Of a stretch of 64,000 nucleotides of DNA, positions 46,165 to 55,682 are shown one piece after another. Position 1 is the stretch's first letter; each line of letters begins with the position of its first letter. Below the pieces are notes generated by a model. That model saw nothing but the letters and a program-made list of their open reading frames with translations, was not told where the DNA came from and did not search any database. Origin of the DNA: Deltaproteobacteria bacterium (GTDB lineage Bacteria > SAR324 > XYD2-FULL-50-16); contig JABGPJ010000083.1 in NCBI GenBank assembly GCA_018645005.1, positions 585 through 64,584 of the forward strand. The letters run 5' to 3'. A program made the translations under genes and the position numbers.

Positions 46165-48858
46165 ATGCGAATTCTGAAATTCCCGTCATTAACAGCAATT
46201 ATTATTGTTGTTTTTTTAGATGTCAGCACCGCCGTGGCATCTATGCCGACGGTTAAAATAAGTGGATCGTATCAATCGACTGCCGCTCTGTTCAGGGGCA
46301 CGGTCACATACGAAGTTACAGATTTTCCAGATGATGAACTGCTGTTCCATCTACCGCCCAATTGGTATATTGAAAACGATGACAGAAATGAATACGAGTT
46401 ACAAATCGATGGGGACAAACACAAAACAATCCAACGTAGTGATTTGCTGACGCTGAAAAGATCAAATCATGAAAATATCTACCTTCCTCAAGGAATCCAT
46501 GTAAACTCTGTGACCGTTAATAAAAGCCCAACTTCTTTTAAAATAATTGAGAATCTGAGGCTTTCACCGCTGAAATATAATAAAAAAACCTTACTTGCGG
46601 TTTCGATTGGACGATCATCAATCAAAGAAGCGGTCAGAATTCGAATTAATTTTCAAACCCGCTTCAACCATCTACCATCAGGTTTTCAGAATCTTCTTTG
46701 GGACTTTATTCCCAGACTCGTTGGGTTTTACGAGGGAAAATGGGATCGAAAAAACAACATATCCCCCAGTTTTCGACAGCGAGCGCAAGTAGATATGCTC
46801 GATGAATCCGGTAAAAAGGTCAGGACGATCCAGAGCGAATATGAATCGCCCATTCCATACCTGCTCCTGGATAATTGGAATGTTCATATGGATCAACTGA
46901 AGCTTTCTTACGATTCGTATTTTCGAGATTCAGAAGCGGATCTATTGAACCGGATTAAGCACGTGGTTGTGTTTTTGAAGAAGAATCAATTGCTTCGTCA
47001 TGATTTGGAAGATTTGCGTTTCATCCTTTGGGATGGCCAACTGAAAGTCAGCGGATTAACCGTTTTTTTACCCCGACAGCTGTTCAGATACCCCAACGAA
47101 TTTTATAAGCAATTTGAAATCAGTATATTGAACGGTATTGTAGCTGCTCTTCTCAACAGAGAATTTTTAATTGATAGTCACCAGAATCCGTGGATGCTGC
47201 CTGCTATCCAGTCGGAAGTGCTGCGGCTCTATTTTCAACAGCGATTTAAGGGTAATACACATATTTTTCCCTGGTTAAATTGGATCAATCCCGAGTACTT
47301 CTCTGACCATAGCAACAGAAAATGGCTAGAGAACAAACATGAGAAAGAGGTGGTTGCCGCGGATATTTCACAAGATATTGCATATTATGCTCATATTTAT
47401 CACCCTGGACATGAAAAAGGATTTCATCTGCTTTGGATGTTGAACGATGGCCGGAAAGATTATCGGGAACGTTTACTTGGAAGAATCAGTCATTTTCTAC
47501 GAAGGGATGCCGTAAAGCCTGAGCCATTGTCCAAACAGGATTTTTTTGACTATTTTGCTGTGACAGTTGAAAACAGGAAGATTGCGGAGAAATGGCTTTC
47601 AACCAATGGGCATGTTGACTACGCGTTAGGACAAGTCGATGTGTCAGAGCAGCAAAATGGATATCAAATCCAGATGGAGATTGAAAATTCAGGTACATTG
47701 TCTCCAATATTGGAAATAAAATTTGCATTTAATGATGGGTCGAGCATTAAAAAAACAGTAAAGACTGGTGCTGGTCATTACCAGTTTGATTTTGTGAGAC
47801 AACCAATCGAAATTGTCCTGGACCCGTCGTTTAATATATTGGATGATGATCTTCTGAATAACACGCTGCAGTTTCCTGTCAAGACGCGCTTGATTTGGGA
47901 TTTTCAATCCGCAGATAACTGGTTGTTGACGTTTTCACCACTTGTGGGTGATGGAAACACTTTCGATAAGAATATCCTGGGTTTAAACCTGAACTATGAA
48001 TATCTGAACCAGTCGCAACTGCAGTTTAATATCTGGAAAGGTAGCTCAGATGATCTGCTTTGGGTCGGCGAGATTGTCCAGACAGGATTTCCGGCCCTAG
48101 GCTCCAGACTTTATCTGGAAGCCGGTTACCTTGGAGCGGTCAACTCAGTCGCCATTGGTATGAAGCAGGAGACTTTCACGTCCTATCCGGAACTGGGAGT
48201 CGATTTTTCAATTTGGAAAGAGAGATTGGATATCCTCGAAGACTCTATCTTCTCAAAAAATGAACGGGAATGGGCGGGGTTGAAACTGTCATTCGGATTT
48301 CCGATTATGCAGCGTGCGCTGGGAGCCTGGAAAATTGACTTACAGGGCGTGACAGGTAGAAGCCTGTTTGAGCCGGAAACCGAATATCATCAATTAAAGG
48401 TGGAACAAACTGTTCGTTTTGACCTGAGTGACTCGAATATTCATCTGGGTTACAATCAGGGCATTTCATCCGGAAGAGTGCCGCTCCAGAAACGCTACCC
48501 CATCGGAGGAACCGAGGGGATGTCTGGATTTCCCAGAACAACTGAGCTTCTGTTTTATGAAAACAGAATTTTTGAAATTGGTGCGTCTCTGCCCGGAGTT
48601 TTCACTCATACCAATATCAATCTGATCAGACTCATGTGGTTGCATCGCATTGTATCCTCTGTGAACGTCCACTTCGGCCAGGGGATAACTGAAAATGGGA
48701 TTACTGAAGACTTTACGGATGTCGAAATCAGTCTCGATGTCTTTGGGGAATTTATTGACCGTTTTGAGGGAAAAGGAACAGTGGCCATTGCTCAACCTCT
48801 TGGCCATAAAAAATACAAAGATTATCGCATTATTTTATTCTCTAACTGGATATTTTAA
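46165..48858 (+). CDS. exported protein with a degenerate M1-peptidase-like body and a C-terminal Omp85-type beta-barrel (provisional)
   Basis: ATG 46165 gives signal peptide MRILKFPSLTAIIIVVFLDVSTAVA. The C-terminal ~330 residues show alternating barrel-like strands, an RYPIGGTEGMSGFPR motif (Omp85 'lGG...RG(F/Y)' pattern) and a terminal ...SNWIF. The middle region resembles M1 peptidases but lacks HExxH. Confidence 0.6.
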   Translation: MRILKFPSLTAIIIVVFLDVSTAVASMPTVKISGSYQSTAALFRGTVTYEVTDFPDDELLFHLPPNWYIENDDRNEYELQIDGDKHKTIQRSDLLTLKRSNHENIYLPQGIHVNSVTVNKSPTSFKIIENLRLSPLKYNKKTLLAVSIGRSSIKEAVRIRINFQTRFNHLPSGFQNLLWDFIPRLVGFYEGKWDRKNNISPSFRQRAQVDMLDESGKKVRTIQSEYESPIPYLLLDNWNVHMDQLKLSYDSYFRDSEADLLNRIKHVVVFLKKNQLLRHDLEDLRFILWDGQLKVSGLTVFLPRQLFRYPNEFYKQFEISILNGIVAALLNREFLIDSHQNPWMLPAIQSEVLRLYFQQRFKGNTHIFPWLNWINPEYFSDHSNRKWLENKHEKEVVAADISQDIAYYAHIYHPGHEKGFHLLWMLNDGRKDYRERLLGRISHFLRRDAVKPEPLSKQDFFDYFAVTVENRKIAEKWLSTNGHVDYALGQVDVSEQQNGYQIQMEIENSGTLSPILEIKFAFNDGSSIKKTVKTGAGHYQFDFVRQPIEIVLDPSFNILDDDLLNNTLQFPVKTRLIWDFQSADNWLLTFSPLVGDGNTFDKNILGLNLNYEYLNQSQLQFNIWKGSSDDLLWVGEIVQTGFPALGSRLYLEAGYLGAVNSVAIGMKQETFTSYPELGVDFSIWKERLDILEDSIFSKNEREWAGLKLSFGFPIMQRALGAWKIDLQGVTGRSLFEPETEYHQLKVEQTVRFDLSDSNIHLGYNQGISSGRVPLQKRYPIGGTEGMSGFPRTTELLFYENRIFEIGASLPGVFTHTNINLIRLMWLHRIVSSVNVHFGQGITENGITEDFTDVEISLDVFGEFIDRFEGKGTVAIAQPLGHKKYKDYRIILFSNWIF

Positions 48859-48862
48859 GACA

Positions 48863-49588
48863 ATGGTCAACAAATTAGTTTCCAGATTTCTGCAAAAAAA
48901 CAGCTGGATTTCACCCGGTATTATTGCAGGTCTGAAGCTGGCTTTTCCAATCATCATTGGATATATCCCCATTGGTATGGCTTTTGGCGTATTATCACGC
49001 AAAGTGGGGGTCTCGGCTTTCAATACGATGATGATGTCATTGATTGTTTTTGCCGGTTCATCTCAGTTAATAGCTGTTGGACTGTTCCTGGCTGGCGCAT
49101 CTGCGATTTCAATCATTATGACCACTTTTATTGTCAATCTGCGGCATTTTCTGATGACTGCGGCTCTATCTCCATTTTTGAAGTTGTGGCGTAAACGAGA
49201 ACTTGCCGCGTTTGCCTTCGAAGTGACAGATGAAACATTTGGCATCCATGCCGCGATGTTTTCTTCTGATAACTATTTAAAAGAATCGGCCTTTACCGTA
49301 AATATAGCAGCTCAGATTTCATGGCTAACCGGGACCTGGATTGGTATCGTTGCCAGTCAGATGATCACCGACATTGAGATGTTGGCCTTGGATTTCGCAC
49401 TGCCCGCAATGTTTATCGGTTTGCTGGTAATGGCGACAAATGACCGCACAAAAGCTCTGGTTGCTATACTGGCCGGATCACTCTCTGTTTTATTCTCCCA
49501 GCTTCATCTGGAGCAATGGAACGTTATAATTGCAACTCTTATTGGGGCGACTTCGGGCGTCTTATTGACAAGATGGATCAAAAACTGA
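48863..49588 (+). CDS. azlC: AzlC-family branched-chain amino acid exporter subunit
   Basis: About 241-aa polytopic ORF starting MVNKLV. The AzlC-like N-terminus GIIAGLKLAFPIIIGYIPIGMAFGVL is present. The track start at 48695 lies inside the upstream gene. Confidence 0.82.
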   Translation: MVNKLVSRFLQKNSWISPGIIAGLKLAFPIIIGYIPIGMAFGVLSRKVGVSAFNTMMMSLIVFAGSSQLIAVGLFLAGASAISIIMTTFIVNLRHFLMTAALSPFLKLWRKRELAAFAFEVTDETFGIHAAMFSSDNYLKESAFTVNIAAQISWLTGTWIGIVASQMITDIEMLALDFALPAMFIGLLVMATNDRTKALVAILAGSLSVLFSQLHLEQWNVIIATLIGATSGVLLTRWIKN

Positions 49589-49902
49589 TTTTTTTTACAC
49601 TGGTAGGTATGCTGCTGGTTACCTATGTACCACGTTTCCTGCCACTTTTTTTCCTGGCGAATCGTTCGTTGCCCAATGTCGTACACCGCTGGCTGGGTTA
49701 TGTGCCATCTGCTGTCCTGGCTGCAATGTTGTTCCCTTCTCTTTTTGTGAAGAATAAACAGCTTTTCCTGTCCTTTGACAACCTGTATTTAATGGCAGCT
49801 ATCCCGACCTTTTTACTGGCTTGGAAAAGTAAGAGTCTTTTTGGCACTGTCATTACCGGCATGGTCCTGGTCGCGGGTGTTCGATTTCTGCTAAATGGCT
49901 GA
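49573..49902 (+). CDS. azlD: AzlD-family small membrane subunit
   Basis: 109-aa hydrophobic ORF (MDQKLIFFTLVGMLLVTYVPRFLPLFF). It overlaps the azlC 3' end by 16 nt, the typical azlCD arrangement. Confidence 0.8.
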   Translation: MDQKLIFFTLVGMLLVTYVPRFLPLFFLANRSLPNVVHRWLGYVPSAVLAAMLFPSLFVKNKQLFLSFDNLYLMAAIPTFLLAWKSKSLFGTVITGMVLVAGVRFLLNG

Positions 49903-49937
49903 CAGACAAATCGATGATTCTCTGACCACCTTCCTTG

Positions 49938-50732
49938 TCACGGCAGTGGTTTAAGTGAATCAAAGAAAAGCGGCAGAGATTTCGGGCGAATTCCATATCG
50001 TTGCAGGAGGTATTGATTGAGACATTTGATCACATCGACCATGATGGCGTCCGGAATACCCGCTGGGGGTGCTTCATCCCTTGCTGTGTTATCTAGAATC
50101 CAGATTACCTTGAGCATGGCAGGTGTGAGGGTTTCTTTGATATCTGTAATAGGACTGCAACTGCTGCAGACCATAGCGCCACTATCGTGATGAAAGCGGT
50201 ATTGTTCCTTTCGAAAGACAGGTCCCCTGTTTTCGTCGACCTGCCAGGTTTGCCGCTGACAGTTTTTGCAGGTGTGGTAATCGACACCGAAGCCGCTATG
50301 TTGAATCAATTGCCAGATAAATCGACCTATAAAATACAGGATTTGCTTGGCTGCCCAGGAACACCTGTTGTTGTCGGCTAGTATTTCGAAAAGCTCGCCA
50401 GATGGGTTACCGGGTTGCGATATTTTAGAAATTATCTCAAGCAGATAACTGTGGAAGAGAAATCGTTTATACGAAAAATCTCTGGCATTGAGGATGCTTT
50501 TTCCGGCGATGTTTAAAATTCTGATAAAATCATCAGACTCCTTGATCCTGTATTCTACATCCAGCAAGTCACCAGGTTGATACAAAAAACTACTTGTTTT
50601 GCCTAATTTTCGTCCATTGTACACAATCGCTGATAATTTTCCATTCCGGGATGACAGGAGATTCACAATGATATCAGAATCTCTATAGGGGGTAGAGGTA
50701 ACTAAAAATAGGGGCTCTTTTAAGGTTTTCAA
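49938..50732 (-). CDS. recO: DNA repair protein RecO
   Basis: 264 aa with an N-terminal OB-fold region (YRDSDIIVNLLS...GKLSAIV.G) and a Cys4 zinc motif (CKNC....CSSC). TTG start. Confidence 0.8.
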   Translation of the reverse strand: MKTLKEPLFLVTSTPYRDSDIIVNLLSSRNGKLSAIVYNGRKLGKTSSFLYQPGDLLDVEYRIKESDDFIRILNIAGKSILNARDFSYKRFLFHSYLLEIISKISQPGNPSGELFEILADNNRCSWAAKQILYFIGRFIWQLIQHSGFGVDYHTCKNCQRQTWQVDENRGPVFRKEQYRFHHDSGAMVCSSCSPITDIKETLTPAMLKVIWILDNTARDEAPPAGIPDAIMVDVIKCLNQYLLQRYGIRPKSLPLFFDSLKPLP

Positions 50733-50759
50733 AATGGTTGTTCAGTGTTTGTTCTTGTG

Positions 50760-51365
50760 CTAAAAGACACCGGCTTCAATAACGGTAGAAAGCTGGTCGA
50801 GGCATCCCGTGTAAAAATGGTCGCTATTTGAAATGATTTCCAGCGGTGCTTCAGAGTTCATGACCGAAAGTCTGGCTTTGAGAGTGCCCAGTTCGCCAAA
50901 ATCGTCATTATCTCCTATAATTGTCAATCTCAGAGCGGGGATAGGCGAAATACCATTAAAATCCATGAAACTGACAGGAGGTGATACCAGTATGACATTC
51001 TTGAAGAGATCAGACCTGCAGGCGAGGGAAGCCCCGACCCACGAACCGAAGGAGTATCCAGCCAGATCTATTGATTGTAAATCTTTTGAGAGCAGGTAAT
51101 TGTGCGCTGCCTGTAGATCGTTCTGCTCACCGATACCATCGTCGAATTCGCCTCCGCTTCGCCCCACACCTCTGAAATTAAACCGAAGAGTTGAATAGCC
51201 CATTTTCGAATATGCCTGCTGAATGATCGAAACGACAGTGTTGTGCATGTCTCCGCCGTAAAGTGAATGCGGGTGTGTAATGATTACTGCTTTGGAATCC
51301 GTCTTATGTTCGTAAAGCCCTTCGATGATAATGTCGGCTGATGCAAACGAAATCTGCTGTTCCAT
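50760..51365 (-). CDS. alpha/beta hydrolase (COG2945-like)
   Basis: 201 aa with THPHSLYGG, nucleophile elbow GYSFGS and a C-terminal DHF motif. Confidence 0.78.
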   Translation of the reverse strand: MEQQISFASADIIIEGLYEHKTDSKAVIITHPHSLYGGDMHNTVVSIIQQAYSKMGYSTLRFNFRGVGRSGGEFDDGIGEQNDLQAAHNYLLSKDLQSIDLAGYSFGSWVGASLACRSDLFKNVILVSPPVSFMDFNGISPIPALRLTIIGDNDDFGELGTLKARLSVMNSEAPLEIISNSDHFYTGCLDQLSTVIEAGVF

Positions 51366-51419
51366 TTATGTTCCCTTATTCAAATTAAAAAAAGCGGTTT
51401 TTTATTGGATGAACCAGTT

Positions 51420-52802
51420 TCAAAGGCTTGTATAGTAATCCAAAACACGGGTGTAAGTGCTAAGTGCTCTTTCTGATGATTTAAAAAACGGAATTCCGGC
51501 CCGTGAAAAAACATCAGAAAAATCGTGTTCAATATTGGGGACCTCGACGACTAAGAATGGTTTACCTGATTTTTTCTGTATGTTGATAACTGCTTCGGCG
51601 AATTTCTCATTGGATTCAACCGACATTCCGATACCGATGATCAATGCGACATCTACTCCAGGGTCTGCAGCAACGGCCTTAATGCTTTCGATATAGATAT
51701 TAATTGTCAGAGAAGCTGTCATCCCCACGTCAATGGGATTTCGCAGACTTGTCCCCGTTGGAGGCACCACTTTTTCCAGCAAAGTGTGTGTTTCACTGGA
51801 AATTTGAGCGAGCTTTAGTTTTTCTTTTCCGCACGCTTCTGCAGCGCCAACACCAAATCCACCAGGGCCTGAAATAATGGCCACCCGATTTCCTTTTGGT
51901 TTGGGCAATAATGAAAAACCCATCATTGTGTCCATCCACATCTCAAAACCACTAACTGTCGTAATACCACTCTGAGCCGCGACACCATCCCAAATTTCAT
52001 TGGGACTAGAGAGCGCACCTGTGTGCGAGTTAGCGGCAGAAAGACCTTCTGGGTTCAAGCCGACTTTCCAGATAATTACCGGTTTTTTCAAAGCTGCATT
52101 TCTGATTGCTTTGATAAAGCTGACACCATCTGCAATACCTTCGATATAAGCGCTAATGATGCTCGTATTCGGATCCTCGGCATAGAAGTTAAAAAAATCG
52201 ACGCTCGTTAGATCACATTCATTGCCAAGACTGACTGCTTTGTTAAAAAACAAACCTTTTGCGGCACCTACTGCGCATATAATATTGGCAAGGGACCCGC
52301 TGTGGGAAATCAGTGAAATAGGACCGGATTGACGGGACAATTTAGGGAAAAAAGAGAGTCCGCTTTCAGGTGCGTATAGACCCATGCCATTCGGCCCAAT
52401 CAGTCGCATACCGGCTTTTTTTGCTACATCCACAATTTTTGCCTGGCGTTGAGCACCTTCCACTGTGCCCGTTTCTTTATAGCCGGCTGTAAATAAGACA
52501 ACACCTTTCACACCTTTTTGCGCGCACTCTTCTATAACTGGCAGAGTGTGGTTATAAGGGGTCAATACAATCGCAAGATCAACTTTTCCTGGAATCGATG
52601 CCACAGATGGATAGCATTTTATACCGTCTATTACATCCGCTTTGGGATTTACACCGACTATTTTGCCGCTAAAACCTTGATCCTGTAGAGCGATAAGATA
52701 GAGCTTACCTGTCTTCATTTCTCTGGGAAGGCCGACGATGGCAATGCTATCCGGATGAAATAACGCATCGATCTGTTTGTTTGTTTTCGTTGTAAAGTTC
52801 AT
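51420..52802 (-). CDS. CoA-binding / succinyl-CoA-ligase-fold protein (alpha-type part of an NDP-forming acyl-CoA synthetase)
   Basis: About 460 aa with SIAIVG..., VNPK...I.G.K.Y.S...IP..VDLA, KGVKGVV..TAGY.E.G and RLIGPNG.G motifs. ATG 52802 has GGAG 5 nt upstream. No ATP-grasp (beta) part lies in the ORF or next to it. Confidence 0.78.
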   Translation of the reverse strand: MNFTTKTNKQIDALFHPDSIAIVGLPREMKTGKLYLIALQDQGFSGKIVGVNPKADVIDGIKCYPSVASIPGKVDLAIVLTPYNHTLPVIEECAQKGVKGVVLFTAGYKETGTVEGAQRQAKIVDVAKKAGMRLIGPNGMGLYAPESGLSFFPKLSRQSGPISLISHSGSLANIICAVGAAKGLFFNKAVSLGNECDLTSVDFFNFYAEDPNTSIISAYIEGIADGVSFIKAIRNAALKKPVIIWKVGLNPEGLSAANSHTGALSSPNEIWDGVAAQSGITTVSGFEMWMDTMMGFSLLPKPKGNRVAIISGPGGFGVGAAEACGKEKLKLAQISSETHTLLEKVVPPTGTSLRNPIDVGMTASLTINIYIESIKAVAADPGVDVALIIGIGMSVESNEKFAEAVINIQKKSGKPFLVVEVPNIEHDFSDVFSRAGIPFFKSSERALSTYTRVLDYYTSL

Positions 52803-53028
52803 TATATCTCCAGCGACCACTTTAATTGTGTCAGTTAAAAAAAAATCCGTTTTTTTATCGATGGGGAGCTAGGCCTGTTATTCATTGATAGTTCAATCGT
52901 GTTTGTTCCAACAGCTGACAGTTGCCGAATGACATCTAAGATTTTAGATGGCATATGTATTCATAAACTGAAAATGTCGCATTGGCAAATGGTCGTGAAG
53001 GCATAAAAAAACAAAATCCGCTTGCGAC

Positions 53029-53058
53029 TTGTAAACCCGGAAAAGGGAAAGCTATAAT
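53029..53058 (+). promoter_or_regulatory. candidate sigma70-type promoter for the U32-like gene
   Basis: TTGTAA (53029-53034), an 18-nt spacer, then consensus TATAAT (53053-53058). Pattern match only. Confidence 0.35.
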
Positions 53059-53180
53059 GAATCCTTAACGGAAGCCAGTTGGGAATAACTTTTAAACTAG
53101 ACATCATATCGCTTTAAAACCCATATTTCTGATTTTGTCTTGCCGAAATGATATGAAATGTAAATTTGGGTTTAAAATTG

Positions 53181-53249
53181 TGTAACTATTCGCGTCCCGC
53201 CAAGGGGATTGTGATCCCCTCGGCTCTGGTAATGTGGTGAATAGTTACA
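53181..53249 (+). ncRNA. nested-hairpin leader element upstream of the U32-like gene (unclassified cis-RNA candidate)
   Basis: The outer stem is a perfect 11 bp, TGTAACTATTC (53181-53191) / GAATAGTTACA (53239-53249). It encloses an inner hairpin AGGGGAT-TGTG-ATCCCCT (53203-53220), extendable by GCC/GGC. It ends 20 nt before the GTG at 53270. Confidence 0.35.
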
Positions 53250-53269
53250 AAATTGGTTGATTTTACTTC

Positions 53270-54418
53270 GTGAGCGGCTGTATGGATTATGTGCTGAATC
53301 TGGGGAATAAAGAACATTTGGAGATGGTTACACGAATTCCTGTCAAGGAAGTGGTAATTCAAGCCAGAAGTTTTTCTCTTTATGGCAGTATTTCGGATAT
53401 TGATCTGCACGATACGCTAAATATATTGAAATTACATGGTAAACGGATCACTCTGCAATGGGATACGCTCTGTCAAGATGGGGAAATTGAAAGCCTGGCG
53501 AACCTGTTTGCTGACTATTCAAAAAATATCCCTGCCATCCGCTTCGTGGATCCTGGTGTTGGCGCATATCTGAAAAGGCGGTTTCCAGACCACCAGCTGC
53601 AGTTTCTAATGTGGGATGGTCATCAAAACAGGACTGGAATTTCAGAATGGATTCAGATTTTCCAACCCAATCTGCAGCGTGTCATCTTATCAAACCAGAT
53701 TCCTAAGCGAATGATTGAAAAACTGAGGCAGGATACTAAAATACCAATTGAAATAAAAGGCTTAGGCCGAATGCAGTTGTTTTACTCTCCCCGGAAACTA
53801 CTGCACAATAATCTTCCTCAAAAGCTGGATGGACATCCCGACATCACCACAGCAAGTAACGATCGTCCGTCCCAGTTTTTTTCGGTGAAAGAAACCCGGC
53901 AGGGAACTGCCATTTTTAATGATAAAGATCTTTACCTCCTGGATGAACTTCAGGAGATCCAGGAAATAGGGGTCGACTATCTTGGGATGGAACTGTACAC
54001 AACTGAGCAGTACCAGTTAATCGAAGAGTGTTTTGGCAGGCCGGGCTGGGTCGACGAAGTTAAAACGTTTTGGAAAAGTCCATTGACCAGTGGTTTTTTC
54101 ATACAAAATAAGACAGATGCGTTACTTACCCGACTCACAAATGCTTATTTAAAAGATGAAAAACAGTATCAACTCGGATCCGTCTTGGAGTCCTTAAAAA
54201 ATGTCCATACTTTACTTCATTTAAGCCAGAATCTGGTTTTACCTCAACAGGTTGTGTTTGTGACCCCTGAAAGAAAAAAAGTAAGATTTGAAATCACAAA
54301 ACTGTACGATCTAAAGGGAATTTTACATCAGGGTAAAATTGACGAGGGGTTCTACCGACTACCGTGGATCAAATATGTTGTGCCAGCGTCGCTTATGAAA
54401 TCAAATACTTCATTTTAA
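53270..54418 (+). CDS. peptidase-U32-family paralog lacking the Fe-S cysteine motif
   Basis: 382 aa, collinear by eye with the E. coli UbiU/YhbU barrel region (KRITLQWDTL ~ KLHIAINTF; RVILSNQIP ~ RVVLSRVLS; IPIEIKGLGRMQLFYSPRKLL ~ VPLEVFAHGSLCIMSEGRCYLS). The start is ambiguous (GTG 53270 or ATG 53282). Confidence 0.6.
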   Translation: MSGCMDYVLNLGNKEHLEMVTRIPVKEVVIQARSFSLYGSISDIDLHDTLNILKLHGKRITLQWDTLCQDGEIESLANLFADYSKNIPAIRFVDPGVGAYLKRRFPDHQLQFLMWDGHQNRTGISEWIQIFQPNLQRVILSNQIPKRMIEKLRQDTKIPIEIKGLGRMQLFYSPRKLLHNNLPQKLDGHPDITTASNDRPSQFFSVKETRQGTAIFNDKDLYLLDELQEIQEIGVDYLGMELYTTEQYQLIEECFGRPGWVDEVKTFWKSPLTSGFFIQNKTDALLTRLTNAYLKDEKQYQLGSVLESLKNVHTLLHLSQNLVLPQQVVFVTPERKKVRFEITKLYDLKGILHQGKIDEGFYRLPWIKYVVPASLMKSNTSF

Positions 54419-54564
54419 AGGAGAAAAATTAACAGATTTAGGAATATGGAATGGGATGTGAATAGTTCTAAGTCAAAAAAAAGCTCAACGATTATCACCC
54501 TCTTGAACCGTAATCAAGCGGGCTGTTTTTAATACTAGATCTGTTCACAGTTGGATTAGAAAAA

Positions 54565-55548
54565 ATGGGGGGAATTATGAAATGGAATATAGATAAACTA
54601 TTGATATATATCTTTATATTCGTTCCATTTGTTTTTGTAGCAGAAAGATGTCTGGCCGCACAGTATGACACTTCCCAAACTTTCAATAAAGAAGAGAGAC
54701 AGAATCTGGTTCGATTATTTGAAAACACCACCTTTAAAAAGAGGGTCATTCAGGAATTATTTTTCGATTCCAGGTTGAAAAAAATGCCGATAATCGTTAA
54801 TCGGAATGTGAAAAACAAGGAAATTAAAGCCAATTACGCTGATTTTCTCAGTAAATATTCCATATATCTGGCGAATCAATTCGCCAAAAAATGGCGGACA
54901 ATGCTTGCCCGGGCTAGTAGAAAATTTGGTGTAGATAGTGAGGTATTGGTAGCTGTACTTCTGGTTGAAACCGGGTTTGGAAACGTGTTGGGGCGATACT
55001 CCATTGTATCGGTTTATTCATCGATTATTATCGAGCACCTGAGGCAACAAAAACAGTGTGCACTTCGCAATATGACTGGTTGTTTGGATTCGACCGCCTC
55101 ACACCGGCTGCAAAAAAAAGCGAAATGGGCTGAAAAAGAGCTCAAAGCGCTGGTTGAGATTGCTATAAATTCAAAGCGCAGTCTGTTTCGATTTAAAGGA
55201 AGTTATGCCGGTGCTTTTGGGATTCCCCAGTTCCTTCCAAGTAGCTATCTGAAATGGGGATATGATAGCGATAAGAACGGCTCGGTTAATTTGTTTCTGT
55301 TTCCGGATGCTATATATTCAACTGCGAACTACTTGAAAGCTCACGGTTGGCAAAAGGGGCTTCATCACAAATCAAACCAGACTGTTGTCTGGAAGTATAA
55401 TCATAGCCAGATATATGTCGACACGATTTTTAAAGTGGCAAAAAAAGTTAAAGTTTATCCTCCAAAAAATAAACTCAATAATACCAGGAAAGCTGAGCCT
55501 CGTGTGACGTTAAACGCTGCAAAAAAGAGATTCAAGAACCCTTCCTGA
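54565..55548 (+). CDS. lytic murein transglycosylase (MltB/SLT_2 family)
   Basis: 327 aa with a signal/anchor N-terminus, catalytic LLVETGFG motif and GAFGIPQFLPSSY motif. Confidence 0.85.
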   Translation: MGGIMKWNIDKLLIYIFIFVPFVFVAERCLAAQYDTSQTFNKEERQNLVRLFENTTFKKRVIQELFFDSRLKKMPIIVNRNVKNKEIKANYADFLSKYSIYLANQFAKKWRTMLARASRKFGVDSEVLVAVLLVETGFGNVLGRYSIVSVYSSIIIEHLRQQKQCALRNMTGCLDSTASHRLQKKAKWAEKELKALVEIAINSKRSLFRFKGSYAGAFGIPQFLPSSYLKWGYDSDKNGSVNLFLFPDAIYSTANYLKAHGWQKGLHHKSNQTVVWKYNHSQIYVDTIFKVAKKVKVYPPKNKLNNTRKAEPRVTLNAAKKRFKNPS

Positions 55549-55682
55549 ACAAGATCGATCGATTATTATCCATTTTGGCTCTTTTCCTTGAGAAAAATCT
55601 GGGCTATTATATAAATAGAAAAGTGATTTTTTGACTACATCCAATGATTAGAATTCTGTTCGCCGCTGGTTAAGGGAGCTTT

